64,000 nucleotides of DNA from an uncultured Alphaproteobacteria bacterium (GCA_902525035.1 CABZFN010000006.1:6538-70537); one strand, 5' to 3'; positions 1 to 10,533 are shown, numbered from the stretch's first letter. The notes: a model not told the origin generated them from the sequence alone. Numbers and translations: made by a program.

Positions 1-1677
1 TTTTGGATTACCCATTCTTACTAATCCACCCATTGTCCCCTCACTATCGCCTGCAGATGTGTATATTAATACTGAAGCCATTGGATTACTATTATCATTT
101 GAGCAATATATTCTTTCTTGTAGTGATGCAGCACCATACCCGCATTCAAAAATTAAAGTGTTAATCATTATGTGTGAAAAAGTATGTAATAACATATATC
201 TAGCATTCGCCTTCAGAGGATCTAAAGCAATACTTCTTTCAAAATTTAAAAATTTCTCTATTCTTGATTTAATGTCACTATTATTTTCAAACTTTTGAAC
301 AAGTTCCTCTCTGAAATTAAAAAATATCCCCTCCCCACTTACTTGTATAGCTGGTAACCATGAATTTTGTGGATCTGGTTGCTCTCTCCACAAATTTTCC
401 TTAAGTTGTCTTCTAGTTAAATCAGTATCAGTATTTAATCGGGTAAAGCCATACAAAGCTTTTGTCTCGGTTAATTTTTTTACAAGAGTAATTTTTTCAA
501 AATTATTTTTAATTATATCTGAATACTGATTAATATCTAAAATATCTGTAATTATTTCTTTAAAATTATATTTTTTATTAAAAAGTTCATACTCAGGTCT
601 ACGAAAATCAATTTCATTTTTTTCTTCTTCAATTTCATCTTTTTGTTCGTTTCGTTTATAATAAACCTCTATTGCTCTTAGAATATCTTCATCAGAAAAT
701 TTTTGGTATAGTTTTTTTAAACGTGAGCTTTTTCTAAATAAATTAAGATCAATTTCTTCACCAAGATCGTTTTTAGCATCAATTAATGTTATAGTGGGTA
801 ATTCATTAAAGTAATCTAAAATAGTAGATAGTACATCATTTAATTCTTCAGGCACATATATTGATGTTTCTATTTTAGAAAAATAAATATTTGAAGATGA
901 CCTTAAAGATCCTATTATATGATTATCACAATCGCTTATTTGATCCTCACCATTCCAAATATTTTTACCGTTACAAAGATAATCATTTTCTGAGCTATCA
1001 AGAGTTTCACTAAGAATGGTTTCATATTTACTCGTTTGTTGATTTTTTTTACCAGTCAATACTCCGACTAAAGATCTATCACTAACATTGCAATTTTCAC
1101 ATCTTACAGTCATTCCCAATAGACCTTGTCTACCTTTAGAAATTAATCTAAGGTTGTTACCATCACATTGTGGTTGAGATGATCTATGAACCCATTCATT
1201 CCATGGAAAATCTTGAATATGCCCCGCATCACAAACTACTACTATTGGAACTTGGATCATGGAAACATTAAAATTATTTGATGTATTTCTTCTTTTGGAT
1301 GTGCATTCAGAGCATACTACTAAGCCTGGTTTGCTAGAGCTGACTTTTTTTAACTTACGGCAGTAATTACAAAAATGCCATCTTGGAAATCGTAAAAATG
1401 GAATCTTTAGGTAAGTATTTTTATCTTGATCTGAAAAACTACTTAAAGGAGTTCTATAATCTGGGGGATATCTAAAATGATTTACAGCCAATTGTTTTTC
1501 AAGCCTGTGCTCATTAAATTTATACTCGTGTATACCTTCAGTTAATGCTCCATTTGGTTTTTTAAACCAATGATCTAAACCTGCAGTAATAATACCTTCC
1601 CCATCTTTAGATACATAAAGTGCACCTACGCCAAACGGAGTAATTAATTGACCTCTTCTAATTGGCGTATCACCCAT
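1..1677 (-). CDS. drmB: DISARM DrmB-like DUF1998 protein, 3' end truncated by window edge (missing from ORF track)
   Basis: Manual translation from ATG at 1677, which overlaps the drmA stop: MGDTPIRRGQLITPFGVGA, FPRWHFC, C..GHIQDFPW, YGFTR, WLPA..V.GEGIF, HTFSH, CGY.AASLQERIY, GDSEGTMGGL; all are typical DrmB motifs. Confidence 0.9.
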   Translation of the reverse strand, partial: MGDTPIRRGQLITPFGVGALYVSKDGEGIITAGLDHWFKKPNGALTEGIHEYKFNEHRLEKQLAVNHFRYPPDYRTPLSSFSDQDKNTYLKIPFLRFPRWHFCNYCRKLKKVSSSKPGLVVCSECTSKRRNTSNNFNVSMIQVPIVVVCDAGHIQDFPWNEWVHRSSQPQCDGNNLRLISKGRQGLLGMTVRCENCNVSDRSLVGVLTGKKNQQTSKYETILSETLDSSENDYLCNGKNIWNGEDQISDCDNHIIGSLRSSSNIYFSKIETSIYVPEELNDVLSTILDYFNELPTITLIDAKNDLGEEIDLNLFRKSSRLKKLYQKFSDEDILRAIEVYYKRNEQKDEIEEEKNEIDFRRPEYELFNKKYNFKEIITDILDINQYSDIIKNNFEKITLVKKLTETKALYGFTRLNTDTDLTRRQLKENLWREQPDPQNSWLPAIQVSGEGIFFNFREELVQKFENNSDIKSRIEKFLNFERSIALDPLKANARYMLLHTFSHIMINTLIFECGYGAASLQERIYCSNDNSNPMASVLIYTSAGDSEGTMGGLVRMGNPK

Positions 1678-4600
1678 TATCTTCTAACTCCCTATCATTT
1701 TGAGTCATGTATTGAGTTGTGATATTCGCAATACATTCTTTATCAATATTTCTCATCGTATTAGGAGTTTCCCAAGAATAACTATCAAATTCTTTATCAA
1801 TATAAGATCCTGCTTGATACATTAATCCCTCACTACTCTCACCATATTCTTTTTTATAATTATCATGTTCCCATATTTTCCATTCATTTAAAATTTTACT
1901 AAAAATTTTTTCAAAATTTATTTTTTCATTATTATCTATATTTTCTATTCTAGATTTTATAATTTCGTAAAAATTGTTTATCAAATTTTCTGGTACTGGG
2001 GTTGGAGTCATTGTAATATTTTTATTTCCAAAAGATCTTACATATGCAACAAGTATTCCATGTAATGCCCTCTTCAAAACAGGATATGCAAATGGTGTAA
2101 CACTCATCGGTTCAACTTGAGCATATAATTTTTGATGATATGACTTAAATTTTTCAAAATGAGACTTATCTCTAGGCCTCATATATCCATAAAGTGTACA
2201 AACCATACCAGGTCTTTCTTGCCAATTTCTACCTATCCTTCCAGATACCTGAATATATGAAGATGTGGTTTTTGGTTGTCCTAAAATTGTTAATAATGAT
2301 AGTCTATCAATATCAATACCTACTTCAATTATATTAGAAGCTAAACAAATATCTATGGGATAATTCTTTTTATCTGGATCAACAGATATTTCTAACTTAT
2401 CTATTGAACCTGGTATTTTTTCACTGCTTATTCGACTTGTTAATTCAAGAACATTATTTATTGTTCTAATATTTTTATAATCATCTCCATATCTTTTCCT
2501 TAGGTCTTTAATTCTTTCTTTAATGTCAACCTGAATCAAAGTTGTTGTATTACCCAGTTCTCTTAAACTGCCAAAAAAGTTCATTAAGGTAAACCATGGG
2601 TCTTGTTCTTCCTTTTTTAATTTAGTTACTGAATATAAGAGTCTTGAATAAATCCTTACTTGTGCAGTTTGTTGAGATTTATAATTAGGAGTTAGTAAAC
2701 CTATATATTTCTTTGGGTTTTTATATTTTTCTGAGTCTTCCTCTTTTTTATAACTTGCAAAGAAATTATCGGCAATATCCAAGCCAAGAGGTGGGAATAA
2801 TCTTACTTGATTTCTATTATATAAATCTTTTACCTGCCTTTCATAACTTCTAATTGTAGCTGTTGAGCAAATAATTTTGGGTTTGATAACTTCATTGTTT
2901 CTGTTATCTGTGCACAATTCTTCAATAACAACTTCATATAAGCCACACATTGATCCTAGAGGACCAGTAATTAAATGTAATTCATCTTGTAAAATTAATG
3001 ATGGAGGTGAGTTTATTCTTTCTCCATCTTCATTTAATCCAAATAATAATTTAGATTTCGGCTCCCAAGTTAATTGTGCAAATTTATCAACTGTGCCTAT
3101 TAATATAGTAGGTCTTTTTTCATAGACATCTTCATCTACAACATAAATCGGAAGTGTAGAATTAAAAGTACAATCTCGATTTCTACATTTAAATACAACA
3201 CAATTATTATTTGAGTTCAAACCAATTACTTTTGGTGCTGATCGCTTATTGAAGTTATATTTTTTTTCTTTATTTGAAACCTGACCAATTTCTGCTGAAC
3301 ACCAAGGGCATTTAGTTATTAAGAAATTATAAACTGCCTTTTTATTATTACCTGTCATAAGCCATGTGTAATAATTAATTGCACCAGGGTTTGTATCAGT
3401 TCCCTTATTTCTGTTAGGTGTAGAAGCTTGACCTAACCAAACACCAATTGAAAATCTTTTTTCTCCAAGAACATTGATTTCTCTTTCTCTAATTTTTTCC
3501 ATTGCACAAATAAGACTTGCAGCTCTTGTGAATTGTTGAGCTGTTAAAAGTCTTAGTGTGTATCTCATTATAACCTGTACACCATCATCATCTTTGTTAA
3601 TTAATCTTCTATAAAAAGATGTAAAAGCTGATAGCGCTAAATAAGCTTCTGTTTTTCCACCACCAGTTGGAAAAAAGATTAATTCAACATCATTGCGATA
3701 TTCATCTTTAATATCAACCGATGACTTAAGGCTTGATAATAGAAATGCTATTTGAAATGGTCTCCAATTACCTTTTCGTTCACTTGTTAAATTGATATTT
3801 GGCTCTTTGTATTCATCAGGAAAATAAACAGTGTGTTTTTCATCATCCCAGTAAGCTTGTCTTTTAGGAATTGATGATCTAATTTGTTGAGTGAGTATTG
3901 CTTCATTAGTTAATTGAAATGCTTTTAATGCATTATGATCATTTTTAATAAATTCTATACCATCATTCATTCTATTTAGTGCTGTCTCACATTTCTTTAG
4001 ATTATCTTCAGCGGCTTTTTTGTATTCTTCTGCCAGTAATTTAATTTCATTTTTTCTATCATTGATCCATTCATTATAAGATGATGTAATATTAGTTAGT
4101 AGCTCTTCCCAATTTGAATTTTCTAACCCTGCTAAAATTTTCATAGGTGTTTTTAATTCTTCTTTTTTATTTTTAATTTTAATATCTGGGGTAATATTAG
4201 GAGAGTCGTAAATAGGTAAACATGTAGCTTCTATATATGCGCAGTTTTCATTTGTATTAGGCCAATTTGCAGCACAACCATGGCCAATAGCAAATGTTTT
4301 ATTATTTCTATAGATTAAATCTAAAACTTTTTCTTCTTCATCTATTAATAGTTTTTCATAATCACTTTTAGGATACGGATAAAAATTATTCTGCTCAACA
4401 GAATTAGAATCTATAATTTTTACTTTAAAGCCAGATTGAAAAAGGCACTTTTCGTTTATTGGATTGTCATTGTCAGTTTTATTAATAAGTGTTGCAGTTA
4501 TTAGCTTATACTCCCCAATAGGTCTTACAAGGAGCTTAATATCCAAGTTTAAATTATTTGAACTGTTATAATATTTTTCAAGCTTACTATAATATCTTTC

Positions 4601-5242
4601 TTTTATATTATTAATTTCGCTGGCATTAAATTCATATTTGAAAATATAATCATTTCTAACATACCAAGATTTTGAACTTTCTTTTTTTCCTTCAATGTAA
4701 ATATCTTTCTTAGAATATATCCCACATGGCCGATCAGGACTTTCTACAACAATTTTATGATTATCTTCTAATTTACAAAAAAAACTAATACCAAGACAAC
4801 TTTGAAATCTAGTATTTGCTCCTGATAAGTCAAATTCTATATCAGAGTTTTCTCCTGGAGATCCTTTTCTAGACTGTATATTATTTAATTCTTTTATAGC
4901 ATTAGCTGAAACGGGATTATGCTCGTCTTCTTCATTAGGAATTGCAAAATTATCTATTTGATCATTGTTTTTTATTTCATTATCTGAAGTTTCGTTATGA
5001 TTTACTGGATATAGGACACCACACCCATATTTATTTAAAGGCGTCTCTGAGGTTAAGATCTCTTGTTTATTAACAACATCATAATACGGATTGGAAATAT
5101 TATTTATTTCATCTTTTGAAAATTGTAAATCTTTTGATACGTCTATACCTTTCCCTTCTGGCTCCATTATTAATTCTGGACCAAAAACTTCACTTATAAG
5201 TGAGTTTAACATAAAATCTCTTGATTTACTAAAATCTACCAT
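1670..5242 (-). CDS. drmA: DISARM DrmA-like SF2 helicase
   Basis: FPTGGGKTEAY, YTLRLLTAQQF, QDELHLITGPLG, STATIR, IEVGIDIDRL, YIQVSGRIGR; directly upstream of drmB. Confidence 0.9.
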   Translation of the reverse strand: MVDFSKSRDFMLNSLISEVFGPELIMEPEGKGIDVSKDLQFSKDEINNISNPYYDVVNKQEILTSETPLNKYGCGVLYPVNHNETSDNEIKNNDQIDNFAIPNEEDEHNPVSANAIKELNNIQSRKGSPGENSDIEFDLSGANTRFQSCLGISFFCKLEDNHKIVVESPDRPCGIYSKKDIYIEGKKESSKSWYVRNDYIFKYEFNASEINNIKERYYSKLEKYYNSSNNLNLDIKLLVRPIGEYKLITATLINKTDNDNPINEKCLFQSGFKVKIIDSNSVEQNNFYPYPKSDYEKLLIDEEEKVLDLIYRNNKTFAIGHGCAANWPNTNENCAYIEATCLPIYDSPNITPDIKIKNKKEELKTPMKILAGLENSNWEELLTNITSSYNEWINDRKNEIKLLAEEYKKAAEDNLKKCETALNRMNDGIEFIKNDHNALKAFQLTNEAILTQQIRSSIPKRQAYWDDEKHTVYFPDEYKEPNINLTSERKGNWRPFQIAFLLSSLKSSVDIKDEYRNDVELIFFPTGGGKTEAYLALSAFTSFYRRLINKDDDGVQVIMRYTLRLLTAQQFTRAASLICAMEKIREREINVLGEKRFSIGVWLGQASTPNRNKGTDTNPGAINYYTWLMTGNNKKAVYNFLITKCPWCSAEIGQVSNKEKKYNFNKRSAPKVIGLNSNNNCVVFKCRNRDCTFNSTLPIYVVDEDVYEKRPTILIGTVDKFAQLTWEPKSKLLFGLNEDGERINSPPSLILQDELHLITGPLGSMCGLYEVVIEELCTDNRNNEVIKPKIICSTATIRSYERQVKDLYNRNQVRLFPPLGLDIADNFFASYKKEEDSEKYKNPKKYIGLLTPNYKSQQTAQVRIYSRLLYSVTKLKKEEQDPWFTLMNFFGSLRELGNTTTLIQVDIKERIKDLRKRYGDDYKNIRTINNVLELTSRISSEKIPGSIDKLEISVDPDKKNYPIDICLASNIIEVGIDIDRLSLLTILGQPKTTSSYIQVSGRIGRNWQERPGMVCTLYGYMRPRDKSHFEKFKSYHQKLYAQVEPMSVTPFAYPVLKRALHGILVAYVRSFGNKNITMTPTPVPENLINNFYEIIKSRIENIDNNEKINFEKIFSKILNEWKIWEHDNYKKEYGESSEGLMYQAGSYIDKEFDSYSWETPNTMRNIDKECIANITTQYMTQNDRELEDNG

Positions 5243-6985
5243 TCAAATAATATCAATTTTTTTTCTCACATCTTTATGAAACAATAATACCAATTTATCA
5301 ATACATCTTGTGATACCTGTAAATAAGATTGAACGATCTTGATGATCATCTAGTTTATTAATATCTGTAATTATAACAACTTTTTTTTCTAGTCCTTTAA
5401 ATTTTCTAATAGTTGTTTTTATACAGTCGATTTGTAATAATATATCAAGTTTGTTTGTTTTAACAAAATTAATATCTTTTAAATCTGTAAGGCAAGAAGT
5501 TTCATCTGTCATCATTGTTAAAATAACAATATCTGTTGATTTATATTCTTGGTTTAATAATTTAATTATTGTTTCCTTAAGTTTAATTAATTGGTCAATA
5601 TTATTATTGTAAGGTAAAATTTCAGGTCTTGATATTTTGTTTTCTCTTAAATATCTTTTATCATAAGGATCCTTACCAAATTTACAAAAAGCATTAGCTA
5701 TATCTATAACATCTGGAGAATTTCGACAATTTTCAATTAATGGTAAATTTGTGGGTCTATAAATTTCTATAAAATCATTAAATTCACGTCTATTTTCAAA
5801 ATTTTGAATATTTTGAAAAAAGAAATCACCAAATATATAAAAATCTGTTTCATCTATTCCTTTATTAAGAAATTTATCAATAATAGAGACATAAACATCA
5901 TTCATTATTATGTCTTGTCCCTCATCGATTATTAAATTCTGAAACATTCCTGACATAAATTTGTATTGTCCACGATCCAATCTTTCAAGTGCTCTTAGAG
6001 GAAGATTTTCAAATTTTTCTTTTGATGGCTGATCATTCCACTCTCTCTCTGCATTAATTTCAAGTAAAAGTTTATTCATCGTATAAAAATGAATTTTTCT
6101 GCCAAATTTGGCATTAATACCCAAAAAAACACTTTTATAAAAGTCACCTAACATTTTATTGTAACACAAAAATAAGACTGTTTTATTTTGTGCTGCTAAT
6201 CTTGTAGCATGCTCTATTGCAATAAGTGTTTTTCCTGTTCCAGGTGGACCCTGAATTACACATTTTTTATTCACTGCAAATAAATCAAGAACTCTTCTTT
6301 GTTGCACAGTAAAAGCTTTATCTAATTCTTCATCTAATTCACTGTCTCTAATTTTTGAATTATTTCTAAATGTAATTTTTTTCCTTAGATCTTTTAATAG
6401 CTCAATATGATTTCTATTTGGACTATCTTCACTAATTTTAATTTTATTATAATTATCTCCCCAAGCTTCTATTAAAACTTTTTCAAATAAATTCATAAAA
6501 TCATCTTGCTTAGAAGAAATTATTTGAGATGAATTTATATATTCATATCTTTTCCATGATATATTTGATTTTTGTTCTAAATCACCACTCGTAAAGACTA
6601 CAACATCCCAAAAAAGGACTTCCTTAAGTATCTGATATTTATTTTTAAAATATTCATATAAACTTATTCTATTATCTCTAGCTTGTTTAAAAGGACTTTT
6701 TTTAGTTGGTGCATCTCGTCCTAAATACCAATTGCCTGTTTCTGGTTCAAAATCTATAGATTTGTGATCCTTTACTTCAACTACTAATACGCCTTTTCCA
6801 GGTATGATAATTATAAAATCAATTTCACCCATAAATTGAGTATGATGATGATGTAATTCTTGAGAATGATAAATTATCCAATCTCTTGTGTTTTCGTATT
6901 CTTTAAATTTTTTATAAAGTTTAAATTCCCCTTTACTTTTAAAGTCTGTTTCTTTTAGATTGTTTGGAAAGAATTCAATCATCAA
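5243..6985 (-). CDS. NERD (PD-(D/E)xK) nuclease fused to SF1/UvrD-like helicase
   Basis: N-terminal GEIDF...VVEVK...SPFKQA; Walker A GPPGTGKT; IIDEGQD; ENCRNS; TIRKFKGLE; FTGITR. Confidence 0.85.
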   Translation of the reverse strand: MMIEFFPNNLKETDFKSKGEFKLYKKFKEYENTRDWIIYHSQELHHHHTQFMGEIDFIIIIPGKGVLVVEVKDHKSIDFEPETGNWYLGRDAPTKKSPFKQARDNRISLYEYFKNKYQILKEVLFWDVVVFTSGDLEQKSNISWKRYEYINSSQIISSKQDDFMNLFEKVLIEAWGDNYNKIKISEDSPNRNHIELLKDLRKKITFRNNSKIRDSELDEELDKAFTVQQRRVLDLFAVNKKCVIQGPPGTGKTLIAIEHATRLAAQNKTVLFLCYNKMLGDFYKSVFLGINAKFGRKIHFYTMNKLLLEINAEREWNDQPSKEKFENLPLRALERLDRGQYKFMSGMFQNLIIDEGQDIIMNDVYVSIIDKFLNKGIDETDFYIFGDFFFQNIQNFENRREFNDFIEIYRPTNLPLIENCRNSPDVIDIANAFCKFGKDPYDKRYLRENKISRPEILPYNNNIDQLIKLKETIIKLLNQEYKSTDIVILTMMTDETSCLTDLKDINFVKTNKLDILLQIDCIKTTIRKFKGLEKKVVIITDINKLDDHQDRSILFTGITRCIDKLVLLFHKDVRKKIDII

Positions 6986-8588
6986 TAATATCTTTTGCTT
7001 TAATAGGAGTATCAGTTTGTGATCTCCATTGAAGCTTATCTTGGTTTGAAATTTTTAATACCCTATAAACACTAATACTAGCATTTGTATCTTGTAATTT
7101 AAATTCTTGATAACCATTTTGTTCAAGTAGAGATAAGTCACTTTCTTGTATTAAATTTAATATTTTTTTTCTTACAATACTTCCAGCAGATATATGTTTC
7201 CGATTAATTTCAGACATTGCAATTATATATTTTTGAAAATTTTTATCCTTTCCAAATATTTCTTCTAAAACTATTTTAAATTCATTATCATCTCTGGGTT
7301 TGATAGCCTCTTCCCTTAACCATCCACGAAGTTTTGATCTATTTAAATTTATACCTTTGTCATTAAGTGAAGCTATAAATTTATTATCAGCCTCAGCTTT
7401 TAAAGAAGGTACTTGTATCGTATTACCAGAATAGTTATCAGTTATATGTTCTTTTAATTTATTCTTCCAAGATTTTTGTAAATCTCTATTCTTTTGAGCA
7501 TTTTTTCCCATAAGTTTATTTGCTTCTTCAAATGTAAGATCTCTATCTGCGCCAGTTCTTAATAAAATATAATCCCCAGATTGAATATCTGATACTTCTT
7601 TTGGATTAAAAGATATTTTTGTTTCAAAATTTAGAACATCTTGCGTTGTATCAATACCTTCATGATTTCTCAAAAATACAATGTATCCACCTGCCAAATT
7701 TGCTAGTCTTGTATTTAATTGTTCTTCTGAAGTTTCACCAAATTTTTTATCCATTTTTTTTTGGATATATTCTATCTCAATTTCATCTGATATATCTTCT
7801 GGAGAATCTTCAACATATTTTGTTAAATTTATTATCTCATTTTCATACTTTATTGATGTAATATTTCTATTCCATAAAGGATGTGAGAATGAAAGTGGTT
7901 CTATTTTCTTTCCACCTATAAAATCATAACAAATACCTACTAAATTTTTAGATTTTATCGAAGTATACAAATAATGGTCATACCAAGAATGGTGACCTAA
8001 AAAAATAACTACATCATAATTATTATTAGATTTTCTATATTCACTTTCTTTTAAAATTTTTAAATATTTATTATCTTCAAAAACTCTCGATATATAATCA
8101 TATGATGATTGTGATTTTAAAATTATTGCACAATTTTTTTGATAAAATTTATTTAAAACATCCTCTAGTTTTTCACTAAAAGGATTATCATCACTTTGAC
8201 TCAATTCTTTATACATATCTACAAGATTATTTGCATGAGCTTTAAATTCTGGAAAGTGTATTTCACAATTTTTAATTTGTTCTCTTAATTCAGAAAAATC
8301 ATTTAAACCGTCTAAATTAGAATAATGACTAAATGGTAAAGGGGAAACAGCGCAACGGTATCTGTAACGAAGTAAAGTTCGCATAAAATTTACCCAATAG
8401 GTTTCGTTTCGTAATTCACCAAGTCTATTTCTAAATTTATAAGTTGATAAGTAGAATTCATTAAATTTTTTATTAGTAATATTTATTTTTTCGTATTTAG
8501 TTTTTGCTTCTGTATACAGCTCATGAATTATTTCTAAATCTTGTAAATTTTCATTATCAATATTTTTATTTAGATCGAAATACTCCAT
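6975..8588 (-). CDS. Hypothetical protein, possibly like the C-terminal part of DrmE
   Basis: 537 aa ORF overlapping the next gene in the drmAB operon; family assignment rests on position and weak resemblance only. Confidence 0.5.
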   Translation of the reverse strand: MEYFDLNKNIDNENLQDLEIIHELYTEAKTKYEKINITNKKFNEFYLSTYKFRNRLGELRNETYWVNFMRTLLRYRYRCAVSPLPFSHYSNLDGLNDFSELREQIKNCEIHFPEFKAHANNLVDMYKELSQSDDNPFSEKLEDVLNKFYQKNCAIILKSQSSYDYISRVFEDNKYLKILKESEYRKSNNNYDVVIFLGHHSWYDHYLYTSIKSKNLVGICYDFIGGKKIEPLSFSHPLWNRNITSIKYENEIINLTKYVEDSPEDISDEIEIEYIQKKMDKKFGETSEEQLNTRLANLAGGYIVFLRNHEGIDTTQDVLNFETKISFNPKEVSDIQSGDYILLRTGADRDLTFEEANKLMGKNAQKNRDLQKSWKNKLKEHITDNYSGNTIQVPSLKAEADNKFIASLNDKGINLNRSKLRGWLREEAIKPRDDNEFKIVLEEIFGKDKNFQKYIIAMSEINRKHISAGSIVRKKILNLIQESDLSLLEQNGYQEFKLQDTNASISVYRVLKISNQDKLQWRSQTDTPIKAKDIIDD

Positions 8589-9512
8589 TTAATTATTCCT
8601 AAAAATCATTGATGGATAACTTAAATTTAATTCTTTTAGAGAAGAAAAATCCTCAAATTCAATATAATTTCTTTCTGCAAATTTTTTCTGAAATGACTCA
8701 AAAGAACTTAAAAAATTTGGTTCATTTGGAGATAATACAATTATTGAATTATAGTTTTGATCTTCATAACTATCTAATTTTAAAAATGAATTCGATCCCC
8801 AATAAAATTTAAATTTTACATCCTTAAGCTCTTCCTGGTCTGCTATCTTTAATGGTGATGCAAGTGTTGAAAAAAAACTTTCACCCTGATTAACATAATC
8901 TTTAATTCTAATAACATCATTGAAGTTTGTTCCACCTATTTCAAAATTTTTTATTTCTTTTTCTATTGTAGTTTTTTGTGCAATAATATGAATTTTAGAT
9001 GTTAGAGATGACTTCAGAATATCTATTTCATTTGTATCTAAAATTTTCTTCTCTAGTCCGTTGAAAGTATTCTTAATTTTTTTTCCTATCTTAAAATTAT
9101 CTTCCTGAATCATTTCTTCACTTAATACCTCAATACTTTCTATAGCTTTTTTTTCAGGTATTAGTTGAAAAGCATTCTTAATTTTAATTCGTGCAAATTT
9201 TTGATTATTGCCTAAAATATCTCTATCAACAACCTCAATAAATAGACCTTGAGTTGTTTCACCATTGATATCTCTAAATTTAATTTCTGCCCCTTCATTG
9301 ATTTCATCTAAATTTGTGACTGCTGAATTCCCTGAAGCTAAAACATTTAAATAATTTTTTACAAGACCTAGTAAAATAGCTGGGCATGAAAAATGTAACG
9401 TTGGTAAACAAATACAAAAAACAAAATTTTTATCATGGTATTTTGCCAGTTCACCTCCTATGGATGCAAGATCCATGAACCATTTAGGAAGAGTTGAATT
9501 TAAATTATTCAT
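8589..9512 (-). CDS. Hypothetical protein, first large gene of the DISARM-like operon (possibly like the N-terminal part of DrmE)
   Basis: 307 aa ORF abutting the 537 aa ORF with no gap. Confidence 0.5.
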   Translation of the reverse strand: MNNLNSTLPKWFMDLASIGGELAKYHDKNFVFCICLPTLHFSCPAILLGLVKNYLNVLASGNSAVTNLDEINEGAEIKFRDINGETTQGLFIEVVDRDILGNNQKFARIKIKNAFQLIPEKKAIESIEVLSEEMIQEDNFKIGKKIKNTFNGLEKKILDTNEIDILKSSLTSKIHIIAQKTTIEKEIKNFEIGGTNFNDVIRIKDYVNQGESFFSTLASPLKIADQEELKDVKFKFYWGSNSFLKLDSYEDQNYNSIIVLSPNEPNFLSSFESFQKKFAERNYIEFEDFSSLKELNLSYPSMIFRNN

Positions 9513-9563
9513 ATGTTTAATTTATATAATATTTTAAGTTACAGTTTATTAATTTCACTATTT

Positions 9564-9743
9564 TCATGAGCTCTTTTTATTAATTGTCTTAATAAATTCT
9601 TTAATATAATTGTTATTTGCAACAGAAAAATTCTTACCTATTTTGCTCTCATTACCTTGTTTTTTTGATTTCAAATTAGCTAGTTGTTCAAAATTTTGAG
9701 TAGTTGTAGTTTGGTATTTTTCATCTTTATTGATAATGCTCAT
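9564..9743 (-). CDS. Small hypothetical protein, 59 aa (MSIINKDEKYQ...KKSS; missing from ORF track)
   Basis: Strong RBS AAGGAG just upstream of ATG; downstream of promoter motif 9766-9792. Confidence 0.6.
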   Translation of the reverse strand: MSIINKDEKYQTTTTQNFEQLANLKSKKQGNESKIGKNFSVANNNYIKEFIKTINKKSS

Positions 9744-9765
9744 AAATCTCCTTCTTTTACAAAGT

Positions 9766-9792
9766 AGACGTTAATTAACGACAAATATTTCA
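9766..9792 (-). promoter_or_regulatory. Putative ECF promoter P1
   Basis: Minus strand TGAAATA-tttgtcgttaattaa-CGTCT (N15). Confidence 0.6.
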
Positions 9793-9800
9793 TTAAAATA

Positions 9801-10127
9801 TTAATTAATTTTATAGCTCGTTCTGGTATCCAGACTGTTTAAAAACCTATTAACAGCGTTATTTAGGCTTTTTTTCTCATAATCCAGAATTTCCTGCGTA
9901 AAAATTACTTCATCAACAAAAGAGTCTATAAGCATCCTTAGGCATCCAACTAAATCTATATTATCTTTTTGAATTCTCGCTAAAGCTCTTCCTATACAAT
10001 AAATTTTTGTTACTTCATTTGCTTTACTATCTTTTGTAAAAATTAATTTTATTTCATTATAAATTTCTTTTTCCAACTCAGATACTTCATTATATTCTTG
10101 ATCACTTAATTGATTTTCTTGTACCAT
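9801..10127 (-). CDS. Hypothetical protein
   Basis: 108 aa ORF with purine-rich GGGGAA upstream. Confidence 0.65.
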   Translation of the reverse strand: MVQENQLSDQEYNEVSELEKEIYNEIKLIFTKDSKANEVTKIYCIGRALARIQKDNIDLVGCLRMLIDSFVDEVIFTQEILDYEKKSLNNAVNRFLNSLDTRTSYKIN

Positions 10128-10190
10128 TAACTATTTCCCCTATATTAAACTATGACCTAACCATGCATGAATGTCATCTTTGTGAAAGAA

Positions 10191-10364
10191 TTATCTATTC
10201 TTCATTTTTCTTAAAGATTTTTTCTTTCTAATTTCTTCAAAAAATTCATGATAATAATAACCGTATTTTTTTTCAGCCAGTAAAGATGAGAGTTTTTGTT
10301 TTAAAGTTTGTTTTCTATTAAAAAAATTAGTATTTTCATCGCTATTTTGAAATTCAAATTGCAT
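10191..10364 (-). CDS. Small hypothetical protein (57 aa, start revised to MQFEFQ)
   Basis: GGAGG RBS before ATG at 10364; the longer ORF-track start lies inside promoter P2. Confidence 0.55.
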   Translation of the reverse strand: MQFEFQNSDENTNFFNRKQTLKQKLSSLLAEKKYGYYYHEFFEEIRKKKSLRKMKNR

Positions 10365-10389
10365 TTTATGCCTCCATTTACAAAAAAGG

Positions 10390-10416
10390 AAACGTGCCAA
10401 TTTCAAATTTATTTCA
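10390..10416 (-). promoter_or_regulatory. Putative ECF promoter P2
   Basis: Minus strand TGAAATA-aatttgaaattggca-CGTTT (N15). Confidence 0.65.
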
Positions 10417-10441
10417 TTAATAATTTGAGATTTTAATATAC

Positions 10442-10528
10442 CAAAGCCTTAGAATAAGGCTCTGATACAACTTTAACAAGGTAAAAATCTAGTAAAACTG
10501 TGAAAGGGTAAGCAGTTTTACTAGATAT
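10442..10528 (-). ncRNA. Candidate two-hairpin small RNA or leader
   Basis: Perfect 14-bp inverted repeat 10487-10500/10513-10526 and a 7-bp inverted repeat 10445-10461, starting right after promoter P3. Confidence 0.4.
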
Positions 10529-10533
10529 TAATA

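Noticed and set aside
59-298. 79 aa plus-strand ORF
   Set aside because: Antisense shadow of drmB, which occupies 1-1677 on the minus strand.
2877-8812. Short plus-strand ORFs (2877, 5091, 7619, 7681, 8609)
   Set aside because: Antisense to long, well-supported genes of the defence operon; no motifs.
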